Source of the DNA: Lepidodermella squamata | Taxonomy: Eukaryota; Animalia; Gastrotricha | Assembly: GCA_047495785.1 (NCBI GenBank) | Contig: JBLDXI010000029.1 | Span: 3,162,001-3,226,000 of the forward strand | Reading direction: 5' to 3' | Length of the DNA: 64,000 bases | Shown: positions 16,219-27,856 of the stretch, piece after piece | Layout of the letters: each line of letters begins with the position of its first letter | How positions within the stretch are numbered: the first letter of the stretch is position 1 | Notes under the pieces: generated by a model | The model's database searches: none | What the model saw: only the letters and a program-made list of their open reading frames with translations | What the model was told of the DNA's origin: nothing | Position numbers and translations under genes: made by a program

Positions 16219-19200
16219 GGAATAAATTCTATTTTCTGCAAAATAAATAAAACTGTGGTCTGTGGTTTAAACGCTCCTTTAACCCTGCTCCTTTACTCCG
16301 TGTCACTTGAATTTCAATTTAATTTAATTCGGATTATCAGGTCATCTATATCCACCTTAACAGTAGTAGGGGTTCTAAGCTTCTGGACAGGCCAGAAGCG
16401 TGGAATTCCTTCTACTAATCACGCTAGTACTAAACATGCGAAAAACGGAGGGGGTTCGGGGGGGGGGGGGGGGGGGGGTGTCGGAGGGGGTTCGGTTTCA
16501 CAATGAAAAAATACTCCTCCGCCAGTAATGTTACGTAATGTGCTTCACTCACAATGAAAAAACGAGACTCGTTTTTCGACTGGATTTTTTTAATGGCGAA
16601 GCCATTTTATGCTCAGATTATCACCAGTTTTGTCGTGAAAAAAACGCGATTTCAATTTTTGAATTGCGAATATCTAAATGATAATAGATAGGGAAAAGCC
16701 ATGAAAACTAAATGAACAGGCAATGAACAGGTGAAATTACCGAAAATCGATACAAAGAAAAATGAACGACACTGGTAGAAAGCCCTTTACCTGCAATTTA
16801 GGTGGACATAATTATTAAAACCGCCAACCGCCAACAGCTTCCTTCAATGGCAAGTTGTAAAAAGGTACAGTTTTGCTCCAGGGTTTCAACTTTGTCCGCT
16901 AGCTGGTAGAGTCCCTTTTTTATTAGCGATTTGTTGTTGTTGTTGAGAGTTGCTGGTCACATTTTTTCACTCAATAACATTTTTTTCTTATCAAATGGCT
17001 AATTTTAGGCTAATACTTTGGAATGTGCGAAAATCAAGGTGATGAGGTGCGGGAAAAATTATTATCAGGAAAAACCCAGCTTTATACCTGTCTAATTACT
17101 AATTACTAGGTCGATTCAATAGATTTAAAGGTGGACGAAATTGAACTGGCAATAATAGACGGCGAGGTTATTGTGGATTCTGTTCGGCGGTGTTTGGCGG
17201 GCTACAGGCTATAGTGACTCTGTTCTAGATAAGTCAAAAATTAAAATTAGTACAAATTCTTCCAGGATTGCTCAAATATTCTTTCAGAATTCAGAATTCA
17301 AGTGTCAAATTTGAAGATTTAGTTAGGATGAAAATTATTTTCAAAATATTCACATTCCGTGAGCAACTGTATTTATATCCCGTCAACTAAAATGCATTTC
17401 AACGAAATTGGTTTGTTATTTTTTTTTAGAAATTTCTGCCATTGCGGGCGTCAAGGTGGGCGTAGCGCGCAGCGGCAAAACGCTCGGAAGTTTCATAATT
17501 CCATCGATTTCTATACAATTTCAAGTGATTCCATAATTGTAGCCATTATTGATAATTTTAGCCACAGATCATGCACTGAGAGCTGCGGTTATACGGCTTT
17601 GAATAATAATCGATGCAAATCGATATCATACCTGAATAGGGCTCAAACTCGGCCCTAGGATGTCCGATTTTCAAGGACTCGTTAAGCGTAAATGCTAGAA
17701 AACTTGTGAAATGTTGCACACACTGACTGTAATACGTCTGATTAGCGACGGCCAAAAATTACTCATTTTTTAGCCACCTTGAACAGGTCTGAATTCAATA
17801 CGACACGCTTTGGTGATTACGAATTTTGCACTATAATCGATCACGCTATCTACGCGAAACATTAAAAATATGAAACATTACTGTTTTTCAAACCGACTGC
17901 GACGTTTACTCTTTGTTTAAATTACTTCTGATAACAGTTTTAAAATTGTACCAGAAAATTTCGAAAAATAATTTAGCGATAACCTGTGAGTAGGTGATAT
18001 TGAAATTTACGTTATAGCCACGCGTGAGTGGTTTAATTGTATATGAATTTTTTTACGTCCTCTTCGCTACTATTTTATTCGGCTGTGTCAACATTTTCTA
18101 AACATGTCTCATCGCGCAGAAAATAATGCAGAATTTTTTAATCGTTAAAGTTGTGAAATGCGCTACTCATAAAAACTTATCTAACTAATTAACTATTTAA
18201 TTATCTTTTCCTCAAAGTTCGAATCTCTCAGATATTAGCGAACATTATGCCTCGAGATTCCCAACCATGGCTATACTTTTTCCCGCCTTGGAAAAGATTT
18301 AACAAAATGCCTATGAAAAATCATATACCTATCCACTTTTGTTTCTGACTCGACAAATTTTTCGAAGAATTTTTTTCCCAAATAATAAATTCTTGTGCCT
18401 ATTTTGTTATCCAATAAATGTATTCTGATCTCCCCGGTCGTAAAAATTCTCTATCACTATCAACTTTTTTCAATCAGTTTCTTTTCGCGATTTATTTTTT
18501 TTAATTTACCCTTGAATATTGCGGCTTATTGCTCTTTCCCTTGCTCTTCTTTTCTTCAAGTGTTGAGACGCAATTTGGCGTCACTGTACTCGATTTTGAG
18601 GTAACTTTCACTTGAGAAGTCTTCTTGACAGCTGCCGAATGACTCAAAGCTTACTGAATATTAATATCTCGTGGGAAGTATGCGGTATTGCGGGTCCGTT
18701 TTCCTGGACCCAAGAAGGCCCATTTTGGGCCTAAAATAGGCCCAACCCCTATCTTGGGCCCATGGTAGGGTGTCTCAATAAAAGACGGATTTTCTTGCTC
18801 AATATTTCATTTTATTGGCATAGGGCACATTTTAATGGCACATTTATAATTATAATCACAACAAAGGATGAGAAAGTATTCGGCAAGTTTATAAGTTTGA
18901 ATTAAGAGTTGAATCGCTTGTGCCCGGCACATTTTAAAATTATAATCACAACAAAGGATGAGAAAGTATTCGGCAGGTTCATAAGTTCGAATTCAGAGTT
19001 GATACGTTCGAATTCACTCGTCATTCGGCGTACATATTCGGCCAAAACGGCGTACATATATATGTACGAATAGCCACTCTGTTTATTATTTTACGAAATT
19101 TTTCTACCAGCCATGCGATGTGTTTGAATAAATAAGGATAATCCGCAACGCTTTTCATTGATTCTCATTAATTTGCACCTGAAACCATTTTTTTGAATAA

Positions 19201-19445
19201 CTATTAATGGTTGACATTAATGGCCGGGGCTTTCCAGAAATAACTGCAAATGTCGCCTGTCGAAGGTTGCAAACTCGAGTACAAACTGTTATATTAATTT
19301 ATTATGAAAGCAAAAAAATCACGGCTCTCCGCACTGACGTGGTAGATTTAAAGTTTTTCAAGAGACTAAAAACTAAAAACAACGTATTCTCAGGTTTTTC
19401 AGAAACTCGTACCGTTGGTGGATTAATATTTTCCAAAATACAGCC

Positions 19446-21082
19446 ATGTTCATCCGTCTGCTGGGTCGGCTGGTACTGATTTCCTGTTGCGCATGTGAGA
19501 TGATGAGCATTTTTTATTTCTCTATTTTTTACTCTCGTTTTCTCAAGGCAAAATTGCCTACGCAAGAACAACCTCAGCCTCAGCCTCAGCCTCTGGACCA
19601 CTGCGACGGACCACAACTCCGATAAACTGTGCGTTGACTGTTTCGCCAAATTCGGTTGATCTGATTGGACAAGTAACACTCGAATTGAAATCGCCGTGCA
19701 TTTCGCCGAGGGTTCCGACGGAGTGCATTTTCCGCGAGTGTCTGCCTAACGTTTGTTATGAATACGCTGTTCCTATCTCGGGCTTCACAACGCATGCAAA
19801 TGGCGAAACATCATTATGGTGTACCTCGCCGTCATTTCACAGTACCGATGGAACTTTCACGGTTAATGTTGGCGGGTATTCGAACATCCCTTTTTTCAAC
19901 CTGAATGTGACTGAATTGACGGAGCCGCAACTAGTGCTTACAAAACAAACTCCAACCTCGTTGACGTTCAGTTGGCCCAGCACATTTGCCACATCGCGCT
20001 CGGAGCGAGTTAGATTGGAGGCGTTGTGGTTCGATCCTGTGCTAAATAGACTGAGCCCTTTGATGACACTGGCCAGTTCGCTGCCGAATACTGGAAACGC
20101 GACCGTTCAATTGCCTCGCCTACTTCCGCCAATGGTCAATCGAACTTTGCTAGCGACGTCTTCAGTGGTTTTCGTTTTAAAAAAAAGTTCCTCCAGACAA
20201 AAACGTGAAGCGTTTTCGATGTTGCCATCGGTGATATCGTCTTATATACGTCCAGCGCTTGATGTGATGGCCCAGCTTTATTCATACAATGATTGCCGGC
20301 GGCTTATGGATGCGCCTGTCATGAAAGAGTTTTACCGCTGTCCGGTTGATGATGTACCGCCTTGTCCGATAACGGAAACCGAAGCCAAAGAAAATGGTGC
20401 TTTTAAGCAGGAACCGCCAGCGGCCTTCTTCTTTCTAGGGCCTATATACCACCCGGGCGCATCTTCGTCCTTTCGCAGCAAGCCGAATACTCGTAGCCCT
20501 GCCGGCCAGCAATGTACCTATGACTCTTCGGGGAGGTTGCTAACAGAGCCGCCAGCAGGTGGCACCTTCGACTGCGTAAGTCCGGATGTAGATTTCCTTA
20601 AACACCAACTGGTAGATGTTGTGCCCTTTTGGGTGCTGTGCAAATTCTGCACTGGATTGGGACGTTGTGATGATTACTTCAAGAACAGACCGATTTATCA
20701 GCCGAGCCAGCAGCAAATCACGACGGCATCAACTTCAACCACGTCAACCACTTCAACGCTCGTCACGTCAACCACGATGAGAAGTACGACTCAGAAGAAT
20801 ACCACAATTGAATGTGCGTTGGCGCGAGATCCGGCAACACTATGCATTTGCTTCAAGGATGTTTATCCTGTTGGCATTAGAGGTGCACTTGGCTGCAGCT
20901 GCAGATGCCGGCTTGAGGACTGCAGCGTTTCCTATGTAGGCTGTGAGTCATCTTCAGCCCCTTGGCGAATCGATAGGTGTCAAATACCAGGATCGACAGA
21001 GCCATGGCCTATGAATGAAGGCCTTGATGCTAATCTTTGCAAAAAGCTATGGCCAAACAAGCCTGACCCTATCAACGTCTAA
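19446..21082 (+). CDS. Secreted AMOP-domain protein (2 exons: 19446-19494, 19548-21082)
   Basis: Signal-peptide exon joins in frame across a GT-AG intron; AMOP signature PPCP...YHPGA...RS...AGQQCTYDSSGRL; RQKR furin-like site; Thr-rich linker. Confidence 0.8.
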
Positions 21083-21759
21083 TGCTACCATCGATGAATC
21101 AGAGGCAGTTTCTATATTCCAATTTAACCAAGTTCCAACCAATATAACCATATCGCTGAACCATATCGACATAATTAAGCACAAACAACTCATCTTCGAT
21201 TCAAATAACGAATTTTACAACTTAATTATTTTCCCGCATTCACTATGTGGCGAGAACAAGGCTAGTATTCCCACTGGCAATAACACGTTAATAACGATCT
21301 CTAGTTTATTATTTCAATCTAATAATAAAGCCAGTAGGAATACTAGCCTTGTTCTTCTCGCCACACACTATACAGCTGACACACCTTTTCCCAGTTTTTT
21401 TCAGCAATGCACGAATAACCTGGCAAGATATTTTCGCGGCTATATTTAGCGTATTACTCGTACTAACAAATTAGGCATAAAAGCTGGCCGTTGATTCAAT
21501 AAAATAGAAGATGAAATTAACTTCATTTTTAGAGGAACTGGGTGATCGCTTGCTCTTTATACCGCCGAAATATTACAGAAAGACTTCTGTTACACAAATT
21601 GAAATGTACTTTTTGACAATTATAGGGCTGTTGTGCTCATTAGCTATTCCCGGAGCAATCCACTCACCGGGGCAAGAGTCATATTCAGTCCGTTTTAAAT
21701 TCTATTTGTCCATTTTGGTAGTGATTTGGTAGTGGTAGAAGGGCTTGAATAATCGTAAA

Positions 21760-22336
21760 ACCTAGATCAAGTGTGCTGTACCACTTGATTGCTGATGGAT
21801 TGTTCGAATGTTGCCAATCCGCATTCGAAACTTTGTCGTTTCAAATTGTCGTTTCAATTTATTTCAATTGCAAGCGGAAATCGATGAAAAATAGCGATGA
21901 AAAAATTTCGAATTTCTTCGATGTCACGGAATTTCTTCCCCAACCAAACTTCAACCTGAACGCCAGCCATAAACGCAAAGCTGAAGACCGCTCGGATAGC
22001 AAGTGTGCTGTAATAGCTTTCCGTCCAGCTTTCAGTCCATTTTAGAGCCATGACGAAAGCGTAGCTCGAGTAGGCTAGGATTGACAGCAGTGTTAGAGTA
22101 CCAGCCCAAAACAGGTTGGATTCTATGCTAGTTCCAGGCTTGCAGTCAATGTGGATTAGGTCGAACATCACGAGGCTGAATAGCACAAAGGTGCTGTAGC
22201 TCAGAATGCATCGGAGGACGATTGCCAATGCCGGAAATCGCTATCTTCTGTAGCGATAGGTTAGAGGGGCAAACAAAGACTGTTGCATTCTTTCAAACCA
22301 AGCAGAACATTTAGGTATCTCAATGGTTAGGATAGC
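21760..22336 (-). pseudogene. Disrupted paralogue of the adjacent multi-pass membrane family
   Basis: LRCILSY...LAYSSYAFVMA aligns with GRCLSSF...FAYSAYAFGVA of 23450-24481; in-frame TAG at 22241-22243, further upstream stops, and a frameshift near 21850. Confidence 0.6.
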
Positions 22337-23449
22337 TTAGGCTGATTTAGTCGACCTTACTGCTGGTTAACTGTCTCTCAGCCTGTGTTGGCTCCTGTGG
22401 TGGATCCGTCAGCGGTTTCTTCCTGCTCTATTGCAAGGATCTTGATCCGCCAAGGAAGCCGTCGACCGTCACGTTCAGGTATTGGCTGGAACGCTGCCGA
22501 AAGTATGGAACAAATTGGCTGGAACATTTTCCCGGCCGCGAACGGAGCGCTGTCCTCTGCAAAGCTCGGCAGGTCGAGCGGCGTCTATAGGCGCAAGCAA
22601 AATAAGAACCTTTTGCATTTGCCTCGTTATTGATAACTCTCCGATTGAAACTGTCATATAGTTTATTCAGAATTTTACATGAATTGCTTGCATGCATTCT
22701 GAGATATTGATGAAAATTTCTATCACGTATTATTGAACTCATGATTGATTTCTCGGCATCCTTATTGATTTCTCGATGAGCATTCCAGAGTGTAACTCAA
22801 AAACTCAAACTCATTCCTGATGTTTGTCATCCTGCGATTATATCAAGATAGTAACCTATTTCGTAAATACTAATAAGCATAATATTATCTACTTCGCTGT
22901 TGAGTCTTTAGTTTGCTTAGCTTTGGTTTCTAAAAACATCACCTCTGCTCCAGAATCCTATGTTTCGCACATGAACAATTCCATGCAGGGTGAGGTGTCG
23001 CGACACCCCAGCTCCGGGACTCCAACCTGAGGAAGGCTGGAAAAACCCTTTGCTTTCTTCGGCTGGGTCCTAAAAAACAAGTAGAAGACACATCAGCTCC
23101 CGGATCCTACTTCGCACATCGATTCCATGCTTAGATCATGTTTCTAACTGGAACCCCAGTGTTTCATGGCAGTTCTGTTGTTCTCCCCAAGTTCTTATCG
23201 AAAGTTCGGACCTTGGCGGTGAATAGCAACCCAAGAAACCATAGACAGATAATGATAACCAGACCCTTGGCAACCGATGCTATGATTATTCAGTTTCAGT
23301 TTGTGATGTCGTCATACCATTGCATCTTGCGACTCAAGAAATCCTTCCAAGGCTAAAGTTCGAACATGATTTTAACGATTTATTAGACGCATTTCTCCAA
23401 ATTAAATCAATTATGTCTTTGATATTGGATCTTGGGTCAAGTCTTGGTT

Positions 23450-24481
23450 TCAAAAGGCAGAGACGCGAACTCGGTTTTCAATGCGGATGCAGCTGATTCC
23501 CTTGTACAGCCTAGCTCCAAATTCCAGCGTCCAGGCGACCAGTTCCGCAATTATCAGCGCCACAGCAACTGGTTGGAAGTAGAAATGGGTCCTCCGATCA
23601 CCGACCAACATGAATATGATACAACTGATTAGGACAGGAAGTTCGACCAAATGAGAACAAGCCACAAGTTTCACCTCCCAAGCACCACGATACATTGAAC
23701 TATTCGGCAGAATCATCATTCCTATGAGGAAATGCCAGGCTAGAAGTCCAAAGACGATGAAATCAGCTTCAAAAGCCATTGGTTCACATCGAAAAACTTC
23801 CAAACTAACACGGTGAAAGGTTACAATCAACAAGGCCAATAAAGTAAAGGTTGAATGCAGAAGTTTCGAATTTCGGCTCAAATTTTTCGAATAAGCGCAA
23901 AACGTAGCGTTATGAACAGCTAGATTCTGCTCTTGAATATCGACGTCAAACGATTGCTTATAGTTGAAATTGACGAATTGAACCACATGAATGACCAAAC
24001 TTATCACAGTTGAAGTGATCGCCGCTAAGATGCAAAATTTGGACTCCCCGCGAGAGAAGAAATGGAGAAAATTGACTTCAGCAATCAATCCAAGGCCGAG
24101 AGTTACAATGAAAAATGCTTTCAGCCCTATAATATCGATAACATTTCCAGAGGATTGATACTTTAAATTGGTCGCAACTCCAAACGCATAGGCTGAATAT
24201 GCGAAAATGGGAATTAGAACTGCGAAACTCGCCCAAACTTGATGAAGCTGTTCAGCGGCTGAAGATTGCAAGCATCTTTCATTCAACGAGTAGAAAACCG
24301 CAGCTGAGGCAAAGGCGAAACTGACGAAGCTCGATAGGCAACGTCCAGCGTTTGCGCAAATCGCCAGAATCTTCACTCGGTACCTTTCGTAGTAAGGCTT
24401 AGGTCCAGGGAAAATCGGAGCGTCATCGCTTGTCTGTTCCATTCTCGAAAAATACTCAAGATTTTCATAGATACTCGACAT
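23450..24481 (-). CDS. Intronless ~8-TM membrane protein, family member 1
   Basis: About 8 hydrophobic segments; LLAWH and WTLEFGAR motifs shared with neighbours. Confidence 0.75.
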   Translation of the reverse strand: MSSIYENLEYFSRMEQTSDDAPIFPGPKPYYERYRVKILAICANAGRCLSSFVSFAFASAAVFYSLNERCLQSSAAEQLHQVWASFAVLIPIFAYSAYAFGVATNLKYQSSGNVIDIIGLKAFFIVTLGLGLIAEVNFLHFFSRGESKFCILAAITSTVISLVIHVVQFVNFNYKQSFDVDIQEQNLAVHNATFCAYSKNLSRNSKLLHSTFTLLALLIVTFHRVSLEVFRCEPMAFEADFIVFGLLAWHFLIGMMILPNSSMYRGAWEVKLVACSHLVELPVLISCIIFMLVGDRRTHFYFQPVAVALIIAELVAWTLEFGARLYKGISCIRIENRVRVSAF

Positions 24482-24525
24482 TTTACCTCGGGAACAAATA
24501 AAACAGGACTAGACGTATTTTATTG

Positions 24526-25968
24526 TTAGGCACAGCATAAAATATCGCAACAAGTCATGCGGAGAGCAAAGTCTAAAATCCAGACAATAAATGCAGTAGG
24601 ATACAGGAAAAGTAACAAAGAAATCGACTCGGGAATATCGTTCCATAAAGACCTGCCTAAAACGTGTCGATACACTGCCCAACTTAAAACAGAAAGCAGA
24701 CCCAAAACAATGGCTTCAAACGTATAGACAACAATTGCTACGTAAAAATGGTGGATGCTCAAATAACGATTTCGTTGGGGTAAAATTGCGAGGCTCAACA
24801 AAGTATGCCATAGGGTTAGCGAGAAAATAACTGCGAACATTTTCAAATCTTGAAGGTCTGAATCATCTCTGTAGCAAATCGGGTCGAAATTCGATAGAAA
24901 TTCGTATAATCTAGTCAAATTTTCCTCACCGAAAACTGATGTGTCTAAACATTTCTCCGATTGATTATTTCGTATTAAAAATTCCTCCTTAAAATCTCTT
25001 TCAAACGAGTTTGAGAAGCTGTTTAAAATCAAAATGACCATCGCGATTAATCCAAGGGCACAATTTATGGTTTTCATGATTGTTGGGAGGTTCTTAATGT
25101 ATAAGCCCCTTCTGTAGAGCGGTAGGGTGTCTAACTTGCGATTCCCAGGTACGGCTTTAGGTTTCCCGAAGAAACCTGGCCAATTATGGTTGAGGATATC
25201 AAGGAAAATGATAAGAACTGAAACACCTTCGAAACAGAGACCTACAACAGCTGGCCAAAATTTGTCGAGAAAAGGCCTTAAATGATATTTTGATCCATCC
25301 TTTTCCCGGCTAAGGATAACGAATAGGACTGCAGTCGCTGAACACTGAAGACAGGCGTTTGCTAAATATGTGAAAAATAGAGTAACAACTCTTATCTGAG
25401 AGTAGTAACGATCTTCGATTGATAGAAGCGAAAATGAGAAACAGCAATTGAAGAGCACAGCGAAAACACAAAATTTGAGTAAGGACGAGACATTCGACAG
25501 ACATTTAACCTCACAGTCTATTCTCACAGGTTCAAAATCGCCATCTAGGTACTTTTGTTTCGAATTTAGGTTCTGGCAAGCAGCTAGACAGGGCGATGCA
25601 TTGAAATAGTTGAAGGCCGTCGTGAAGGTAAAGGCTAAGGCGAGTAATGCGGCAATGCACGATGCTGTTTTGATAGATTTAGCTTTTTTAGGATTTCGAT
25701 GAACTGGTGGTTCTTGTTCAGCGAAGGTGATGACGGATTCTGTTGAGGTTTTCCGGCTGTCTATTACTGATTCGATGGTTAGGTCTGAAATAGACAGGCT
25801 GCCAGCTGCTGAATCGCCAGAGAATCGATCACGTGGCTGGAGTTCGACTGATTTCCTCATGAAATATCGAAACCAGGAACCGAGATGGTTCGTAGTAAAT
25901 TGTAGCGTTAATGTTGAGAGCCTAGGGAGATTTTGAAAAGCTGTAACTTGGAAATTTTGAGTTACCAT
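24526..25968 (-). CDS. Intronless ~8-TM membrane protein, family member 2
   Basis: LDILNHNWP, LTLWH and WILDFALR motifs; about 8 TM segments. Confidence 0.75.
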   Translation of the reverse strand: MVTQNFQVTAFQNLPRLSTLTLQFTTNHLGSWFRYFMRKSVELQPRDRFSGDSAAGSLSISDLTIESVIDSRKTSTESVITFAEQEPPVHRNPKKAKSIKTASCIAALLALAFTFTTAFNYFNASPCLAACQNLNSKQKYLDGDFEPVRIDCEVKCLSNVSSLLKFCVFAVLFNCCFSFSLLSIEDRYYSQIRVVTLFFTYLANACLQCSATAVLFVILSREKDGSKYHLRPFLDKFWPAVVGLCFEGVSVLIIFLDILNHNWPGFFGKPKAVPGNRKLDTLPLYRRGLYIKNLPTIMKTINCALGLIAMVILILNSFSNSFERDFKEEFLIRNNQSEKCLDTSVFGEENLTRLYEFLSNFDPICYRDDSDLQDLKMFAVIFSLTLWHTLLSLAILPQRNRYLSIHHFYVAIVVYTFEAIVLGLLSVLSWAVYRHVLGRSLWNDIPESISLLLFLYPTAFIVWILDFALRMTCCDILCCA

Positions 25969-26029
25969 GAATATGGATTCCAGTAAGCGAAGTACCGGGG
26001 GAATGGGGTGCCGTACCCACAGATCAAAC

Positions 26030-26301
26030 AGTCACCGTGAAAAGCCTCAAAAAACATTAAGTCTCAAAAAAGCCTCAAAAGACACATAAATGTCTAAACA
26101 GAACACGAAAGACCAACATCCCCCAAATGCTCTCCAAATACCAAATAGACCACAAAAAAATCGAAATTACCAAAAAGCCCCCGAAAATGCCAAAAAACCA
26201 AATAGACCACAAAATAGACCACCAGGAAGACCTAAAAAGACCAGAAAGACCACAAAAGATCAAAGAAAACAAATGACCCTTTGGTCATAAGTTACGGACT
26301 G
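26030..26301. repeat. A/C-rich low-complexity tandem repeat (AAAAGACC-like units), possibly a small non-autonomous element
   Basis: Repeated aaagcc/aaagacc/aatagacc units; weak CAGTC...GACTG ends. Confidence 0.45.
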
Positions 26302-26675
26302 AGTACCCCTGGTTCTAAGATCCTAACATTTCGGAAACTTATGGATTCGCTCACTCTAAATTTGGAGAAGGTTCTGGGAGAATAAATTGAGGAGAACGGA
26401 GCATCGGATATCGGATGTATTTGGAGCATAGAGAACAGAAGTACTTCTGTTCTCTATGATTTGGAGGATTGTTCAAAAAAGATTTCGATTTCGAAAAAGT
26501 ATGAGTCATTGATTACGTTCGAACGCTCAAAATTGTTGAGTTACGGATTTTCCGAAATTTCCAACATTTCACATTGAGCCTTATCCTTCATTGTTTTTCA
26601 TTGCGCGTCAAAAAATCCTCGAGCTTAGAAACAAAAACCGTTTTATTCTCCTGATTTTCGATAAAAACAAAAGCA

Positions 26676-27743
26676 TCAGTGCCTCGTGATAGGAAAAAGA
26701 GTGCTAGTATCGCCCATCCACTGGGCTAAGGCCAGCGTGATAACAACAGGCGCGGCTTGTAGTGCCACTGGAAAGAACATCCAAGCGGAAATTGTCGCAG
26801 CAGACAAAACAATCATGCCAGACACGTAAAATACAAGGCCTAAATGCTTCGTCGCCGAAATTTGTCGAGTGGAAACAGCTGAAATTAGAGCGACTGTCAA
26901 AATGTACTGAAGATAAACCAGCGGCAGGACTAGATAGAAAATCCACCAAATACTATCGTAATCGCCGAAATATGAATCATCAACCGATGTTCCAAAGTAG
27001 AAACTACGGAAGTAGGAATAAGTTGTGAAACTCAGCACGAAAATTAACAAATAGCAATGGTTGCATTTCAGCAGTAACTGCAGCCCATTTTGCCTCCGCT
27101 TTCTCACTATTCTGTCAATATTGATCGGCCAATTTTGGTTAGCAGCTTCGATGAAATGAAGAATGAACTGAAGACCATTAATCCCAATTGTCCAGTTTGA
27201 TATTTGAGGGAGTAATGAGTCTTGGCGTAAATTTTCGTTCCCAAGGCATGTCAAAATAAGGCAAATTAAAGACGTTGCCATTGTGATGAAAACGAAGATA
27301 AAACCAGCCAGAGTAGCTCGAGATTCGATTTTAGGATGGTCGTACTTTGTCTTGAAAACTCGACTGAATGCGAAATGGGTGTAGACTAAGGAAAATGCGA
27401 GGCATAGCCCTATTACAGGATTCAAATGACTGGAATAGCCAAACGCCAATTTGTAGATCAGAACCGTAAAAACGATTGACAAAGAGCATGAAAGGAATTT
27501 CGTTGCAATGCCAAGCCGAGGAGATCGGTGAACTGGGAAAGCTTTCTCGAGAGCTGCTTCATTGCCGATTTTGAAACTTGCGGGATGCGGATCGAGTTGG
27601 AACAGCTTTAGATGCAGCATATCACTGCTTTTTCTCTTCGAAATGAGATTAGGCATATTTCTCAGTAATGTTTTTCGAGTTTCCGTTACGCATTTTATAT
27701 ACGCATCAATTATATGATTCATTTTTTTATTACACGCGAACAT
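26676..27743 (-). CDS. Intronless ~8-TM membrane protein, family member 3
   Basis: FIEAANQNWP motif; about 8 TM segments. Confidence 0.75.
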   Translation of the reverse strand: MFACNKKMNHIIDAYIKCVTETRKTLLRNMPNLISKRKSSDMLHLKLFQLDPHPASFKIGNEAALEKAFPVHRSPRLGIATKFLSCSLSIVFTVLIYKLAFGYSSHLNPVIGLCLAFSLVYTHFAFSRVFKTKYDHPKIESRATLAGFIFVFITMATSLICLILTCLGNENLRQDSLLPQISNWTIGINGLQFILHFIEAANQNWPINIDRIVRKRRQNGLQLLLKCNHCYLLIFVLSFTTYSYFRSFYFGTSVDDSYFGDYDSIWWIFYLVLPLVYLQYILTVALISAVSTRQISATKHLGLVFYVSGMIVLSAATISAWMFFPVALQAAPVVITLALAQWMGDTSTLFPITRH

Positions 27744-27856
27744 CTGCGCATTAAGGTGGGTTTATTTGAATTGCGAACGTAAATAACAGGTAATCATAAT
27801 AAAAATACCGGGCGCGATGATGCATACAGGTAGTTTTATGTTTTTTTGCTGCAACA

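Larger units (their letters stand above)
1..16431. mobile_element. Maverick/Polinton (adintovirus-like) endogenous viral element; left end outside window, right boundary approximate
   Basis: Dense, intronless block encoding pPolB, rve integrase, A32-like ATPase, penton-like and major capsid proteins and an adenain-like protease. Gene density drops and intron-containing host genes appear after ~16.5 kb. TIR and TSD cannot be confirmed because only one end is visible. Confidence 0.95.

Noticed and set aside
1-16431. Interpretation as a prophage or contaminant contig
   Set aside because: The gene set is Polinton-type (rve-chromo integrase, adenain, pPolB) and is contiguous with spliced animal genes; a chimeric join cannot be excluded without reads.
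16255-16506. ORF with a poly-Gly tail
   Set aside because: Produced by a G homopolymer of uncertain length; GTG start.
26075-26290. ORFs on both strands (K/P/N-rich and F/W/G-rich)
   Set aside because: Translations of a low-complexity repeat.
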